From Torpedo marmorata (lineage: Eukaryota): 64,000 nt of DNA. The stretch is from assembly GCA_977017645.1 (NCBI GenBank), contig OZ360240.1, positions 45,880,001-45,944,000 of the forward strand. Reading direction: 5' to 3'. The notes beneath the pieces were generated by a model that made no database searches, had not been told where the DNA came from, and was given only the letters and a program-made list of their open reading frames with translations. Shown one piece after another: positions 23,299 to 36,168 of the stretch (its first letter is position 1; every line of letters begins with the position of its first letter). Both the position numbers and the translations under genes were made by a program.

Positions 23299-25086
23299 TC
23301 TTCATAGCAAGAAGAGACTGTTTTTTTTCAAATTCCTAGAAACATTTTATCTGTGTAAAATTAATTCTTGTACATACCACAAAATACTTGATTTACATAT
23401 TTTTTTTTTTTACACTTTAACTATTCTAAAGTACAATATTATCAGAAAGAATTTTGCTAATATACGTACTTTTGAATGCAAGCTGAATAAAACTCAGCCA
23501 CAAATTTATTATTACAAACTGATAGCTAGCCACCATGTCAAGGTATAACTTTACCTTTCGGAAGACAATGGATTGAATACACTGTGATATTATGCATTGG
23601 GCTGAAGTAAACAGACGTGCAACTCATTTCAATGGCATAACAGCTATGTACAACACTGTTGCAGCCTCAGTGCATTCAATATAATAGATAGCTTCTATTT
23701 TGAAAAGGAACAGTTCTTGTCACTGAATAATGATGGCATTCTGGAGAAGATTCTTTTTATTTAAAAAAAATTTAGAGTGACTTTAAAAAGAACAAAAGGG
23801 GTGGAATCTATGGTTAATATTAGTTAAACATAAATGAGAATCTTAACAAAATTCCAAACAACAAAAACAGGAAATGTGTTTTGTTCATTAGCAACATTTC
23901 TAGCTAACCTAAAAAAAATGAGTGTGGATGAACTCTAAATATCAGACACCTGGTCAGAGGCTCCCATTTTTAAGCAACAGAAACAAGAAACATTTAGTCG
24001 ATTAAACTGAGAAGTAGGTTTGAGTAACGTTGTTATAGGTTTCATCATCATGGGACTTTATGGCTTTTGTTTTCTGCTGTTTAGGCAAAAAAAGGCCATG
24101 AGATTCAGCAAAAGTTTGAAAGCAGCCAGGACCCACGTAACAAATAACATTTCAATGCAGGCTTCCCCTAAGTTTTTAAGCTTGCTCTTCTGAAATACAC
24201 AAGCACAATTTGAGCCAAAGTAGACCTTCCCTATTACCAAGTCAATCTATGTTATTGTGTAATCACTTGCGCAATATTTCTACAGGCACAAAAAAAATTA
24301 CTTGGCTTCAAATCAACTGCTTCATGTAACAAAGGGACACAGCATTGCTTGAACTGACAGCAGCACGTCCTCATATCAAGACTATAATCACTTGACTTTA
24401 CTATCAGGAGTTTGGCCAACTAAACAACCAGTAGATCGTGGAGTTATCGTGGAGTTACACCAGGAATGCAGGAAAGATCTGAACTGACCACAAGGACATT
24501 GGACATCCCATTTTTATAACAACCAATCAAAGGATTACTTTTTTCTTGTTTCAAGGGTTCTATTATTTGGATCAAAGGGATGACGAAAAAATGAAGTCTG
24601 CAGATCGCAAACCAATAGGGTTTTTTAAATTATATTAATGTTGAATATAATAATGGGTAAATAAACAGACATCCTTCAAAACCGAGCCCTACTTATGGTC
24701 AGGAGAATGTCTGATTCCAACATATCTGGGAATCCATTTGGGGATTATTATTTACTCAAACTCCTGGGAGTGACAGACTAGTCTAATTACAACTCATGCC
24801 ATAAAAATAGAAAATATGGAATCTGTGATCTTAGGGACAGAAGAAAAAAAAAGAAAGATTTAAACAAGACACTGTTCATAATCTGTTCATTACAGGACTT
24901 CGACACTATTGTTACAACTGGTGATTTAATCAAGGTGTGGTAGTGGATTGAATTTAATTCTTCCTTCTTGTTGAGCTGCACAAACTGACCACTCATTGTT
25001 TTCATGATGGACTTAGACTGCAGAAGCATTCTGCATGCAACTAATGTTTATCAGCGAGAAATCAAATGTCCAGCTGTAAGTTCTTA

Positions 25087-25527
25087 TGACTGGTATGGAG
25101 GCGCCAACTCTCAGGACAAGAATAAACTCCAAAGGGTTGTTAACTCAGCCTGTGACATCACAGGCACCAGATTTCACTCCATCGAGGACATCTACATGAG
25201 GCGGTGTCTTAAAAAAAAAAAAGCAGCCTCTATCCTCAGACCCCCACCACCCAGGCCATGCCCTCTTCACTCTGCTACCATCGGGAAAAAGGTACAGGTG
25301 CCTAAAGACAAGCACTCAACAGCACAAGGACAGCTTCTTCCCCGCTGCCATCAGATTCCTGAATAATCAATGAACTAAAGACACTGCCTTACTTTGTGCA
25401 CTATTATTTATATATTTTTTGATATAGTAATGTCATAAGATGGTTATAATATGAATGTTTGCACTATGATGCTGCTGCAAAACACCGAATTTCATGACTT
25501 GTTCATGACAATAAATTCTGATTCTGA
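25087..25527 (+). mobile_element. Rex1/Babar 3' fragment, antisense within probable HS3ST3B1 3' UTR
   Basis: Matches 19808-20243; tail ACAATAAATTCTGATTCTGA. Confidence 0.9.
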
Positions 25528-25807
25528 ATACCCGTAACAAAAAATGTGCTTTTAGATATTAAACCTTAATAAAAGACAGCGCCATCAATGAGCAATGCAA
25601 ATAAAAGTGTGGAATGTTAGAAGATATGGGCTGATCTATATACAGTGTCAAGTGTGGTTAGGCAGCTTAGTGAATTAATTGCTTAAGAATTAAAAATAAA
25701 TTATTATAAAATATATTTCTGTACAAGTTACACACACACATATATATATATATTTAATATAAAGCAATAAATTCATGTCTCTTTTGTCATTATGAAGTTA
25801 ATTGACC

Positions 25808-26426
25808 TTAGTCCCAGCCAAAGTTCTGTCCTGTCATTTGGTAAAATTTCATGTTAAAAGGCCTATAGAAGTCTCTCAGCCTCTGAACAACCTCTGGGTC
25901 AATGTTGGGATGGATTCTGCCCTTTGTTTTGCCCAAGCAATGGGGCTTGCTGCTTCCCTCTGTTTTTTTCAAGCAAGGAAAGCCCTTGGTCTGGTTAAAG
26001 TAGAAATGTTTGTCTGTGATGATTCTCTTCAAACCCAGAAAGTCTTGTACCCTGCTTAGTTCTCCAGCTGGGTCAGTGATCAGCCTCTCTCCACTCACAA
26101 ACAGGATCTGGCGCATTGGGAAATACTGCAGCCAATTCTCCAGGTGCTTGGCATAGATGCCAATTTGAATAGCACTCCATGAAGTGTCAATCAGGCCTGT
26201 AGTCATGTTTTTGAAAGTCAAGCTCTCAAAACTGGGAATATGGGGTTTTTTTGAGAGAATTTGTGTATAATCAGAGATAGCCCGAGTGACTGGGTCCCGG
26301 ACCACCACTATTAGTTTGGCATCCTTGGACATTGCATAGATGCGGGCAGCTGCTTCCTTGGTCACAAAGTAACTTGGAGTTTTCTCCATGGTGATTTGAC
26401 CATCCATAGTCTTCGGCATCAGCTCC
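25808..26426 (-). CDS. HS3ST3B1: HS3ST3B1-like coding exon 2 (catalytic sulfotransferase domain to stop)
   Basis: Acceptor poly-T...TAG|G with a CACTAAC branch-site motif (26455-26449). CA+G joins to give WYQELMPKT in frame. Motifs: [18 protein letters not shown] (3'-PB), [16 protein letters not shown], ending FGWD-TAA. The two exons total 524+619=1143 nt, i.e. 380 aa plus stop. Confidence 0.96.
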
Positions 26427-27799
26427 CTAAAAAAAAAAAAAACCACATGTTAGTGAACAAAAACATCTGAGGAATCTGATTGAAGTGGATTGTCATTAAA
26501 TATCAGAAAACATGGCAGATGCAATCATACAGCATCTTACATCAGTTAGTACATACTGCTGGAGATATATTTTGTACAATTTTCTGTCAGTCTTTAACTA
26601 TTGGTTTCCTAATAAGACCAAAATAACAAGAAAATCTGCTGAATAGGTACTTGCAGGATAAGGGAACTGAGAGCTAAATATTTTTTATAACAATGTTATG
26701 TTCTGCAAAACATACCAAATCCAGAAATTATGAACAATATTTGTAAATATGACAAAAAAATACTTGATACTGCTGGAGCCAACTTCAAGGAAGCTCTTGA
26801 TTCTGAACACCAGCTATTCAAATATACAAGAAATTATGAATACCATCTAGTTATTGCAATTCATATCCACTGCAGTAGTTCAATAAAAAAGTCAAAATCA
26901 TGATTGTTCTGCATGTTTTTATTGCAACACCCACCCAGAAAAACAAAGGTCAAATCCTCAAGTACAGCTCTGTCAACAAACCAAAAATTTAAGTGAAGGA
27001 CAATGTTATACATCACTGTTCCAGGGCATTCAATGGTGGACAAAGCTGCCCTATCCAGCAGTGCTCAATCTACAAATTATAAAAGGTGGGGATGACACAT
27101 TGAATGGTATAATTCCACAGCAAACCTAAAGAAGATTTAATTGATAAAAGACAGCAGCTTTTCTGCTAATGCTTGTAAAGACTTGCCTTAGCCGAACAAC
27201 AGATTGGCCTACTTTAGTTAAGTTCTGTACTTGGAATCTTTCCATTTTAAGACCCAAAATTTTGGAGAAGTAAACTGCAAAGCTCAAGGTGCAGCATAAA
27301 AAGTGAGCAATAAACCCCAAGGGTTTTTGCATAACAGAGAAAGGAAATGAGATGGTCACAAAGCATCAATAGCAGGTGGTCATTTTATAATCCAGTTTCT
27401 GGGTCCAATGCCTTTATTGGAGGTTTTGTCTGTGCAAAAGAAATCTGCAGTAATCTGCTACTGTTTCTCAGAGAGACATTCACTAACTATTATCAACAGG
27501 AAAGTAGAGGATTTGTGATTTTTTTTAAATATATAAATGTTCAACTGTAACAAATTCTCTGCAGTGACAGGAATCTGGCAAGCCATCCGCATGTGTGTTA
27601 TGGGTAGAAACTCATTTTCTTCAGCATAAAGAAACATCCAACCAGTGAATTAGTGTTAAAAAGAAACTGCCGAGCTTGACTGATTGTTTTACTCTTACGA
27701 ACAAAGTTAGAAAGAAGCAGTGGGAGTTCACTGCGCTCATATCCACCAGTCAATCTTATTTTGCGTTCTCAGAACTTTTGGTATTCAAAAAAAAGGAAG

Positions 27800-27968
27800 C
27801 CCTTGCTTTAATGAAGTGCTATTCACAACCTCTGCATCTCCCAAAGTGCTACAGCTAATGAAGTACTTTTGAAGTGCAGGCACTCTTATAGGAATTAAAA
27901 CTGTCTACATGGCCACACAAGGCTCACAGATACAGCAATGTGATCACGGCCAGATAATCTGCTTTTCA
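27800..27968 (-). mobile_element. Deu-domain SINE (SacSINE1/AmnSINE1-like) 3' part
   Basis: Reverse complement reads CAGATTATCTGGCCGTGATCACATTGCTGT...CACTTCAAAAGTACTTCATTAGCTGTAGCACTTTGGGA, recalled DeuSINE consensus. Confidence 0.6.
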
Positions 27969-27998
27969 AATGCAAGTTTTGACACAAACACTCTAATA

Positions 27999-28201
27999 CA
28001 GCCATTCTCAACCATTTTTTTTGGCTATGGCCCTCTTAAGACTGTTCAAAGTTTATGGGCCCCCTTCCCTGTGAAGCAGTCAAGTTTTGGTTTCTTCCGC
28101 TCTACCGACGACATAAAAAACCAAAAAAATATTTATATTACGAGGTGAAAAGTAAAAAGGCTTTTACTTAAATGTGCTGTGGCCCCCATTGAGAATGGCT
28201 G
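27999..28201. mobile_element. hAT (Charlie-like) MITE, 203 bp
   Basis: 13-bp perfect TIR CAGCCATTCTCAA/TTGAGAATGGCTG and perfect 8-bp TSD CTCTAATA (27991-27998, 28202-28209). Confidence 0.9.
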
Positions 28202-28794
28202 CTCTAATATACCATTAATAATGACAACACTACTTGTGCAAAAAGCAAATCAGTAAGCAGAACAGTCTGTGGACAATATTTCAATGAACTGGAGATTAAA
28301 AAATAGCAAATCGTTCGAAATATGGTCCAATTAACTCAGTAATTCTACCTGAACTACACTAGACAGTTTAATTTTGTAGAAATATGTTGTGGGAAAAATC
28401 TAGCTATTGTTTTAAGTTTTGTTTATAAATTTAATGACTATCATGGGTAGTTGATATGGTGGGCTGAAGGTCCTGTTGCCATGCTCTCTCTATCCCTCTC
28501 TGACTCAATCATGCCAACAGAAATAAAGAGAAAGATAAAGAATTTGTAGAAGGTGGTTCAGGTGTGCGATATGGTCATTGTGCAGTGTGTTGACAACCAT
28601 GTTGGTCATGGGACCACCACTGCAAACTTTCAGGCACAGCTAAATTGACATTGTACTTCTTCCATAGCAGTTAATGGGAAATGTGCCATCCAGAACTCAG
28701 ATTGGATATGGGAGGTGGATGGCAGAGCAGAAAAGGCTGGCAAATGGAAGCTCAGAGCTTCAGATAGGTCAGTGATCATGGCCAAATACACAAG

Positions 28795-29170
28795 AGTGTA
28801 TGAGCAGGAATAAGCAAGCTGGTACTTTCAAGCCCCACCATTCAATCTAATTATGACTGATTGACCATAGGCCTCAATTCCTCGTCTATTGCCACATCGC
28901 CAATGTTCTCAAATCATTCAAAAATCATCTACCTTCACTTATGAGCAAACCTCGACAAATCTCCAGATTCAACACGATCTGCGGCAAGATATTTTGATGT
29001 AACGTTGATTACTTTTATCTTGAAAATTCCCTCATTCAAGATACTTCCACGAGCAAAAATATCTCAACATCGGCCCCCCTTCAGACTTCATACATTTCAT
29101 TTAGATCACCCCTCATTTTACTCAGCTCCAAACCTTTGGACAGCTGGGTCATCAAGGATTCGAAGTGGGT
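28795..29170 (-). mobile_element. Old CR1 3' fragment
   Basis: Degenerate match to the CR1 tail; MRGDLNEMY remnant. Confidence 0.5.
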
Positions 29171-29313
29171 CAGGGCCAGGATGTTTAATGGGAATTGATT
29201 GTCATATACACAAGTAAATTGTGCAGGTGCACTGAAAGCCTTATTTCTAAGCTTTAGTTTTCCTTTTGCTCCTACTGCTGGGCCATCAATCCCTGTCTGA
29301 CTGCCCAACCCCA

Positions 29314-29679
29314 CCCTATTGTGGCGGCGTATATAGTTACATACTTATTTATCGTATAGATACTTGTGTAGCAGTTGACTTTTGTGGACCAATTTTTAGG
29401 GTCGACTATTACGCGTATACTACTTTTAACCACAGTAAGTACCTGCGTTGACCGAGGCGTCGGAAATTCCAATGGGCAGGCAGCCGGCCGGGAACGGATA
29501 GTCCGTCCGCATTCGGGGTGTCGGGAGCTCAGATGGGCGGGTGGGTGGCCGGGACCAGATGGTAAATCTGCGTCAGGAGCTCGATGGGTGGGAGGGCAGA
29601 CAGGACCAGGCAGTAAGGCCAGGGCCAAAAATAGGGTGTCGACTTTTACATGGTATCGACTATTACAAAGTATATACAG
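29314..29679. mobile_element. Tc1/mariner (Tc2/pogo-like) MITE
   Basis: Repeated GTCGACT(A/T)TTAC subterminal motifs, right end GTATATACAG-TA, CpG-rich interior. Confidence 0.5.
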
Positions 29680-31120
29680 TAGTTGCAACATGTTCACGGT
29701 AACCCAGTTCACTGATGGTCTATGAATGCGTAGATACCCAGGGAATAGTCAGCAGTGGATGCAGCTGATTATTCTCCATTCCATGGTCCTTTTTAGGGGA
29801 TTAATGTTATTTGATGTGTCACTTGAACATGACTATCTGGCAAAACCCCTTTGAATTTATGGTGAAATGAAGAGATTAGGAATCATCATTATAACAGCCA
29901 TTTTTGTTTTAAAAATCAATTACAAGGCACTGAATTTTTAAAAAAAAACCCACAAATTTCTAACTGACTGGAAATGGTGCTTATAATTAGAGGTTTTAAA
30001 TCTTTTGCTTATAAACTTTGAAAACTATTTAATCCTCAAATACTAAAAGGAAAATGTGTTTCCCTGCATACAGTCATGTGTTTACAGCTTCACAGTGTGC
30101 TGGACAGAAGTTTTGGGATATATTTTCACAATCAACCTACTTTGTATGACCTTTAAATATCAAAACATTTTATGAAACACTATGACACTTAGCACACCTA
30201 CTAATCCAAGGATGATTCAAATCAATGGTTTCGGTTTCCTCAAACCATAAAAAAATAATCAGTAGTAATATGCATCAAGCACTCAATAATTAGGACCGGG
30301 CTTTAATAAAAAGGTAAAGCTCATCCATGGAGTCAAGTGTGTTGATCAACAAATTGCTGACCTCAATGTTATTGTCATTTTGGTCACTGGCACTTTAAAA
30401 AAAAGATATGTACTAAGTTCAAAGATTTATAGCAACAATTATCTTTGCAGAAAGTCACTTATCAGGAACTACTTTGCTATTCAATAGTTTAGAGCACCTC
30501 TACACCATTCAGCCAGCTATCAGTTAGAGAAAAAATAACATTTGAATTGAAGTAAAGCCTTCTGACAACAAAATTGCTTTAATCCATGGAATAAACAGTT
30601 TGCAGTGGGAGATTTTCTTGCACACAAATTTAAACTGGAAATCAATAATATACAAATAATCACATGGTTGTCAAAGATGAAAGTCTACAGTTGTACAGTA
30701 TAGATTTTAGCAGAAAGATACATGTCAAAGCATGTTCTGGGAAAAGATCCACAAAAGTCAAACATCTTGTGATGAACTACTGTACAAATTCTATTAAGTC
30801 AGATTAGCCTTCTGAGAACATGTATAGTCTTGTCAAATTTAGGAACATCTGTGCTTTTCAGTTATCTACTTTGATATGTAGTACATTGGACTATGCATGC
30901 AAATACTCCCACTTTTGATTGTAAAGCAAAGGAATTCTGGTTGCACAATACCATTAGCTACCTATATACCAGTAATCATGGGTAAAACAAGCTTCCACAT
31001 GACTGTCATTTCAATGTTAAACCAATAATAGTGCAATCATTCTCAATGATGGTCCACGGTAACTATGGTCCAGATACAAATGGCATCACAGCATCTTGTA
31101 ATACAAACAGAGCTGATTGT

Positions 31121-32333
31121 AAATAGGAGGAAAAGGATTGATTTCTTCAAGGATGCCTTTATATCAAAATGGACTTATTCCATTTACTATTAATAATCAA
31201 TTATTTAAAATTTGGTTTCAAAAAGGAATTAAGAAAATAAGTGATTGTTTTGAAGCTGGGAAATTTATTACTTTTCAAAGAATGAAAGATAAATTTAATA
31301 TATTAGATAATACACTTTTTGCTTATTATCAAATTACAGCTTTTCTGATTGAGAAATTAGGTTATGCATTGATTTTACCAAGACAGAATGGATTAGAATT
31401 ATTAGTTACTAATGGAGATGCCAATAAATTTATTTCTCAAATGTATAAATTGTTTCAGAGGAAAATGCCTAAAGTAGGATTGCATAAATCAAGATTAAAA
31501 TGGGAATTAGATTTGAATGTAAGAATAGATGAAAATCATTGGAAAGAATTATGTAAATTAAGTATGACGAAGATTATTAATGTTAGATATAGATTAGTAC
31601 AATACAATTTTTTTCATCAATTATATTTAACACCTAAAAAACTAAAGAAATTTAATCCGACACTATCAAGTTTATGTTTTAGATGTAATAAAGAGGAAGG
31701 GTCTTTTGTACATTCTACATGGTTTTGTCCAAAAGTTTATGATTTTTGGTTGAAAGTTAAAAATTTCTTAGATAAAGTAAAGATTACATTTCCAATGGAT
31801 CCTATGATATTTTTGTTTGGAGATATTAGAAAATTTAGTATTAAGATGAAATTAAATATGTATCATAGAATTTCTGCGAATTGCTTTAGCTGTTTCAAAG
31901 AAATGCATTGCTATTACTTGGAAATCTGATGTAGATTTAGGGTTAGAAAGATGGCATGCAGAACTTCGTTCATGTATACTACTTGAGAAAATTACTTATA
32001 ATTTACGTAATAAATATCATTTCTTCTTAAAAATGTGGAGCCCATATATGAAAGCTGTTGGTTTAAGGATTTGAAGATCTCTGGATATTGGATCTACTGG
32101 CATACTTGACCTCCATAATAGAATTAGTTTATAGATTGGCATTCTCCTTACTTTTTCTTTTTTCTTCTTCTTTTTCTATTTTTATTTTTTTTTTTTATTT
32201 TTTATTAGATTAGTGGGGTTGGGAAGGGGAGGGAGGGGGGGGTGAAAAAGTATCACAAATAATTTGATAATTTTATATTTTATTTTATGTATTTTGTGAT
32301 TTAAAAATTTTAAATAAAATATTTTTTAAAAAC
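31121..32333 (+). mobile_element. 5'-truncated L1/Tx1-clade LINE (ORF2 C-terminus with CCHC zinc knuckle, 3' UTR)
   Basis: CFRCNKEEGSFVHSTWFC motif; AT-rich; T-rich then G-rich 3' UTR, AATAAA and A-tail; TSD AGCTGATTGT at 31111-31120 and 32334-32343. Confidence 0.88.
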
Positions 32334-32519
32334 AGCTGATTGTGAGAACATCATACGGTGAAACTTCAAATTTTACCTCCCTCTCTGCAGGAGAACAAAA
32401 ATGAAGAACTGAGTTGATGCAAAAGTTTTAGGAGAAACATCGACCACACACCTACGCTCAATGTCACTGCTGATTTAGTGTATGGTGCTGTGTATAAATT
32501 GATCATTACTTAAATTAGT

Positions 32520-32985
32520 ATCAATATCAATGCAAGTTTATTGTCATATACACAAGTACAAGTCAAAGATGCACCAAAATTCTTACTTGATGCAGCCAAA
32601 CAGATAAACAAGATATACCAACTACGTTTGCAAAAATGTAATTTACCACAAATGGCAAGACAGAAAAAGAGATAATAAATATTAAAAAGTAAGACAAATG
32701 ATATTCACAGTTGCAGTTAGTGCAAGAAAAAAATGATTCAGTTGCACCGACAGATATTTTGGTGGTCTTGGAGTAGTTTATGGTTAGGGTAGTGCAGAGA
32801 GGTCCAACAGCATGATAGCTGTTGGATTAAAAACTGTTCTTGAACCAAGAGGTAATGGACTTGAGGCTTCTGTCTGAAGAAAGCAGTGAGAATAGATTGT
32901 GACCTGGGAGATGGGTATCCTTTCTGAATCTGCCTGCCCTATTGAGGCAGTGCCTCACACAGATATCTTCAATGGATGGGGGGGG
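32520..32985 (-). mobile_element. Older Rex1/Babar-like 3' fragment
   Basis: TTTATTGTCAT tail motif and degenerate C-terminal ORF sequence. Confidence 0.5.
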
Positions 32986-33012
32986 GGGGTGGAGTACAGT
33001 GCCAGTGAAGAA

Positions 33013-33765
33013 CTCAGATTTCAGATTTATTGTCAGAGAACATACATGATGTCACATACAACCCTGAGATTCTTTTTCCTGTGGGCGCAGCAGAATTACC
33101 ACTAATTGGTAGTGCAAGTTAACTGTACACAGCGTAACATGTAAACAATCAAAATAACTGCTAACAGGGAACGAATGAAACTGAAAATGAAACTGACTGT
33201 GCAATACAGAGAGCAAAGAAAAATCTATAAAGTGCACGAGTAAGAGTCCTTAAATGAGTCTCTGATTTGACTTTGTCGTTGAAGATTCTGATGGTAGAGG
33301 GGTAGCAGCTGTTCCTAAATCTGGTGGTGCGAGTCTTGTTGCACGTATACCTCTCTTCTGATGGCAGCAGCGAGAACAGAGCATGCGCTAGGTGGTGTGG
33401 GTCTTTGATAATTGCTGCTGCCCTCCGACGGCAGCGTTCCCTGTAGATGTACTCAATAGTGGGGAGGGTTTTGCCAGTAAGGTCCTGGGCTGTGTCCACT
33501 ACCGGCTAAGTTTGCCACTTTCTACAGCCTTCTACGTTCCTGGTAACTCAAGTTTCCACTAGGCTGTGATGCAATAAGTCAGGATACTTTCCACAGCACA
33601 CATGTAGAAGTTCAATAGAGTATTTGACGACATGCTTAATCTCCTCAGAGTAAGTAAAGGCTTTGGTGTGCCTTCATCATGGTAGCCTTCATGAGCTTGC
33701 TCCAGAGAGAACCTCCGATATATGGACTCCCAGGAACTTGCCCTCCACACTACCATCCTGTCAGT
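33013..33765 (-). mobile_element. Rex1/Babar-like subfamily B fragment
   Basis: NFYMCAVESILTYCITA and AAAIIKDPHHLAHALFSLLPS; tail ACAATAAATCTGAAATCTGAG. Confidence 0.85.
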
Positions 33766-35937
33766 GAAGATATTACCGAGAAATGATTGCTGGATTCGGT
33801 TTCATCAACACGTCAGCACAATGAGTTGGGATTTTTTAAAAATTTACTGAAAGATAATGCAAATTATAATTCCATAAAATTTCAGAAGGTACCCTCTGCT
33901 TGATATACAATTTACTAACACTGTTTGCAAAGCTTTTGGGTATTACAGAAATTAAGTAGTATTTATTGAAGACTTTGTTTTTTAAATTTGATTCATAAAG
34001 TGAAATAAACAGATAACAGGGAGGTTATTTGTCAGGTTGACATGTTTAACTGAAAGTCTGACATTTTTAAAGAGCATTCGATTATAAGAAGCCATTAGAA
34101 GTTTGTAGAATTCAAAACTCCACATTCCCATGGTGAACAGCCTCAACATTTGTGGTGTGACTTGAACCTGTTGGAACACTGATAAAAGTGAATATCACAG
34201 CAGCATTTTCTATTCCTGCCCAGACTGGTAGTTGTCAGTGCTGAATGGCAGTTATGCAACCTTCCTAAGAGAACAGAGGAAATAACTACTTTGGATCACT
34301 CGTGTACTGGAAAATTACACCATGTGCTGTGTAAAGTATTCTAACAGAGACAGCCATTGTGCAAGAGCCTCTCCTACCACCATCCCCCAAATAAAGAATG
34401 CCAGGTGGCAAGGTGTTCCATACAAAGGGAAAATGAGATGAATTTGGTAAAAATGTAGGCCAAAGTCTAAAAGAGTGTTCACAGATTATGCCATACCTAC
34501 TCATGTTATGAAGCCTGCAAATGCAATATAATCCAGGCCATTCATTACTGCAACCAGTGTTTGTGCATTAAATAGAAATACTCAGAGCACAGACTTTCAA
34601 AGGAGAGCTGATTAATCTATTTATCTTTGGTTGTTTGCCAGAGGTGTTAGTAACCTGTTACTGACCTGTCTTATCACAGAAGAATAACAGAGGCTTATCA
34701 AAGTGACAGCAGTTTGGGGCCTCAATCAGAACAAAGCTCCAACACTCTTCTATACAAAACAAGTTACATTTGTAGCACCTGATAAGTCTTTCAGCAGGTA
34801 TGCCAAGCCCACTCCAGAGGCCTATGATATGTTGATCATGCTGTACTTTGGGGATCAAACTAGAACAGAAATTTGATGCAACTTAATCTGCAAAAAAGCA
34901 CAAACAAGAAACTCCAAACTGCACAGCAGATTGCAGTGTGAAACTGTCACATGCTTCATATGAAGCCACTTCCCCCCCCGGTATACAAGCATGCTATACC
35001 ATGCATGAACTCACCACAAGTGTGAACTAATACATAGTACATTCCAAATATGAAACCAAAAAAAATAGTCAAATTCAATCCATTACTTTTGTCTTGTCCT
35101 TGTGCTTAACCAAGCAAGTTCTCACACGTTACTAATGCCCTGATCTGATATTTTTCTGCATACGATTTATAAAAGGTAGTTTGCTATCATCACGAGCACC
35201 TTCAAAGATAATATCACTAATTGTTATACAGCAAGTGTCAAATAACCAATAGAGGTAAAAAAGTTGAAATGAAAAGTTGATTTGAAAATGTTGATATTTT
35301 AAACAATTTGAAATGTTGATGTTCTGTTCAACAACATCATAAGTAAATTACAGAACACAAAAGAAATGTGAATTGTCAACAAGATAGACGGCCTGATCAC
35401 AGTGTCAGGTATGATAAGCTCATTATTGGCCATCTCCTCGTAGTTTACATTGCAGTATACCAGTATAATCAGCCAAGTTGGGAACTGTAGTTCATGTGCA
35501 TCAAGAGCAGACATTGACACATTTCTGGTATCAAATGCTGGTTTTACATTACAAGCTTTGGGATAATCATTTATATTTGGTCATGCAGGTACTTCCTGGG
35601 CATTTAAAAAAAAAATGTTCCTTTTGACATTGTTAGGATTGGACAGGATCCACATAATTCAGTAATTGATTAGAATTGAATATTTCTGACTTCAATCCAT
35701 TTTATGTCTTACTTCCCATCCTTAGCTGCTAACTGATATTAACTGCTGGGAGTGGAAAGTCTAAGGCTATTGCTTCCATTTATGGTGCAAAAATACATTG
35801 GGTACCATGCTGTTGGAAAGTTAATCCTGTGCATTTACAATGAAATCTCAACAACCTTGTTCTTCTTCTGCTACATTGTCATACAACTTTGGAGAGTTAA
35901 TTATTTAATTTTATACTCAACAGTACTTTAAGGATCT

Positions 35938-36168
35938 AAATACAATCTGCTGGAGAAACTCAGCGGGTCGAACAGCATCACTGGGAGAAAAAGAATGGTC
36001 AAATGTTTCAAGTCAAGAACCTTTATCGAGGCAGTAGTCTTGACAAAGTGTTTCAACCCAAATATTGACCATTCTTTTTCTCCCACTGATGCGGTTCGAC
36101 CCACTGGAGTTCCTCCAGCAGATTGCGTTTAGGTTCAGATTCCAGCATCTGCAGTCTCTTGTGTCTCT
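35938..36168. mobile_element. Foldback Penelope-type mini-element, 231 bp, with 16-bp TSD
   Basis: Inverted arms ~35944-36030 and ~36038-36125; AGTACTTTAAGGATCT at 35922-35937 and 36169-36184. Confidence 0.8.

Noticed and set aside
24436-24457. TCGTGGAGTTA x2 (also CTCCGTGACT x2 at ~4020; CA/TA microsatellites at ~25730 and ~44706)
   Set aside because: Ordinary slippage duplications and microsatellites.
26427-26446. ORF-track N-terminus MVFFFFR for exon 2
   Set aside because: It is the intron polypyrimidine tract and acceptor, not a real start.
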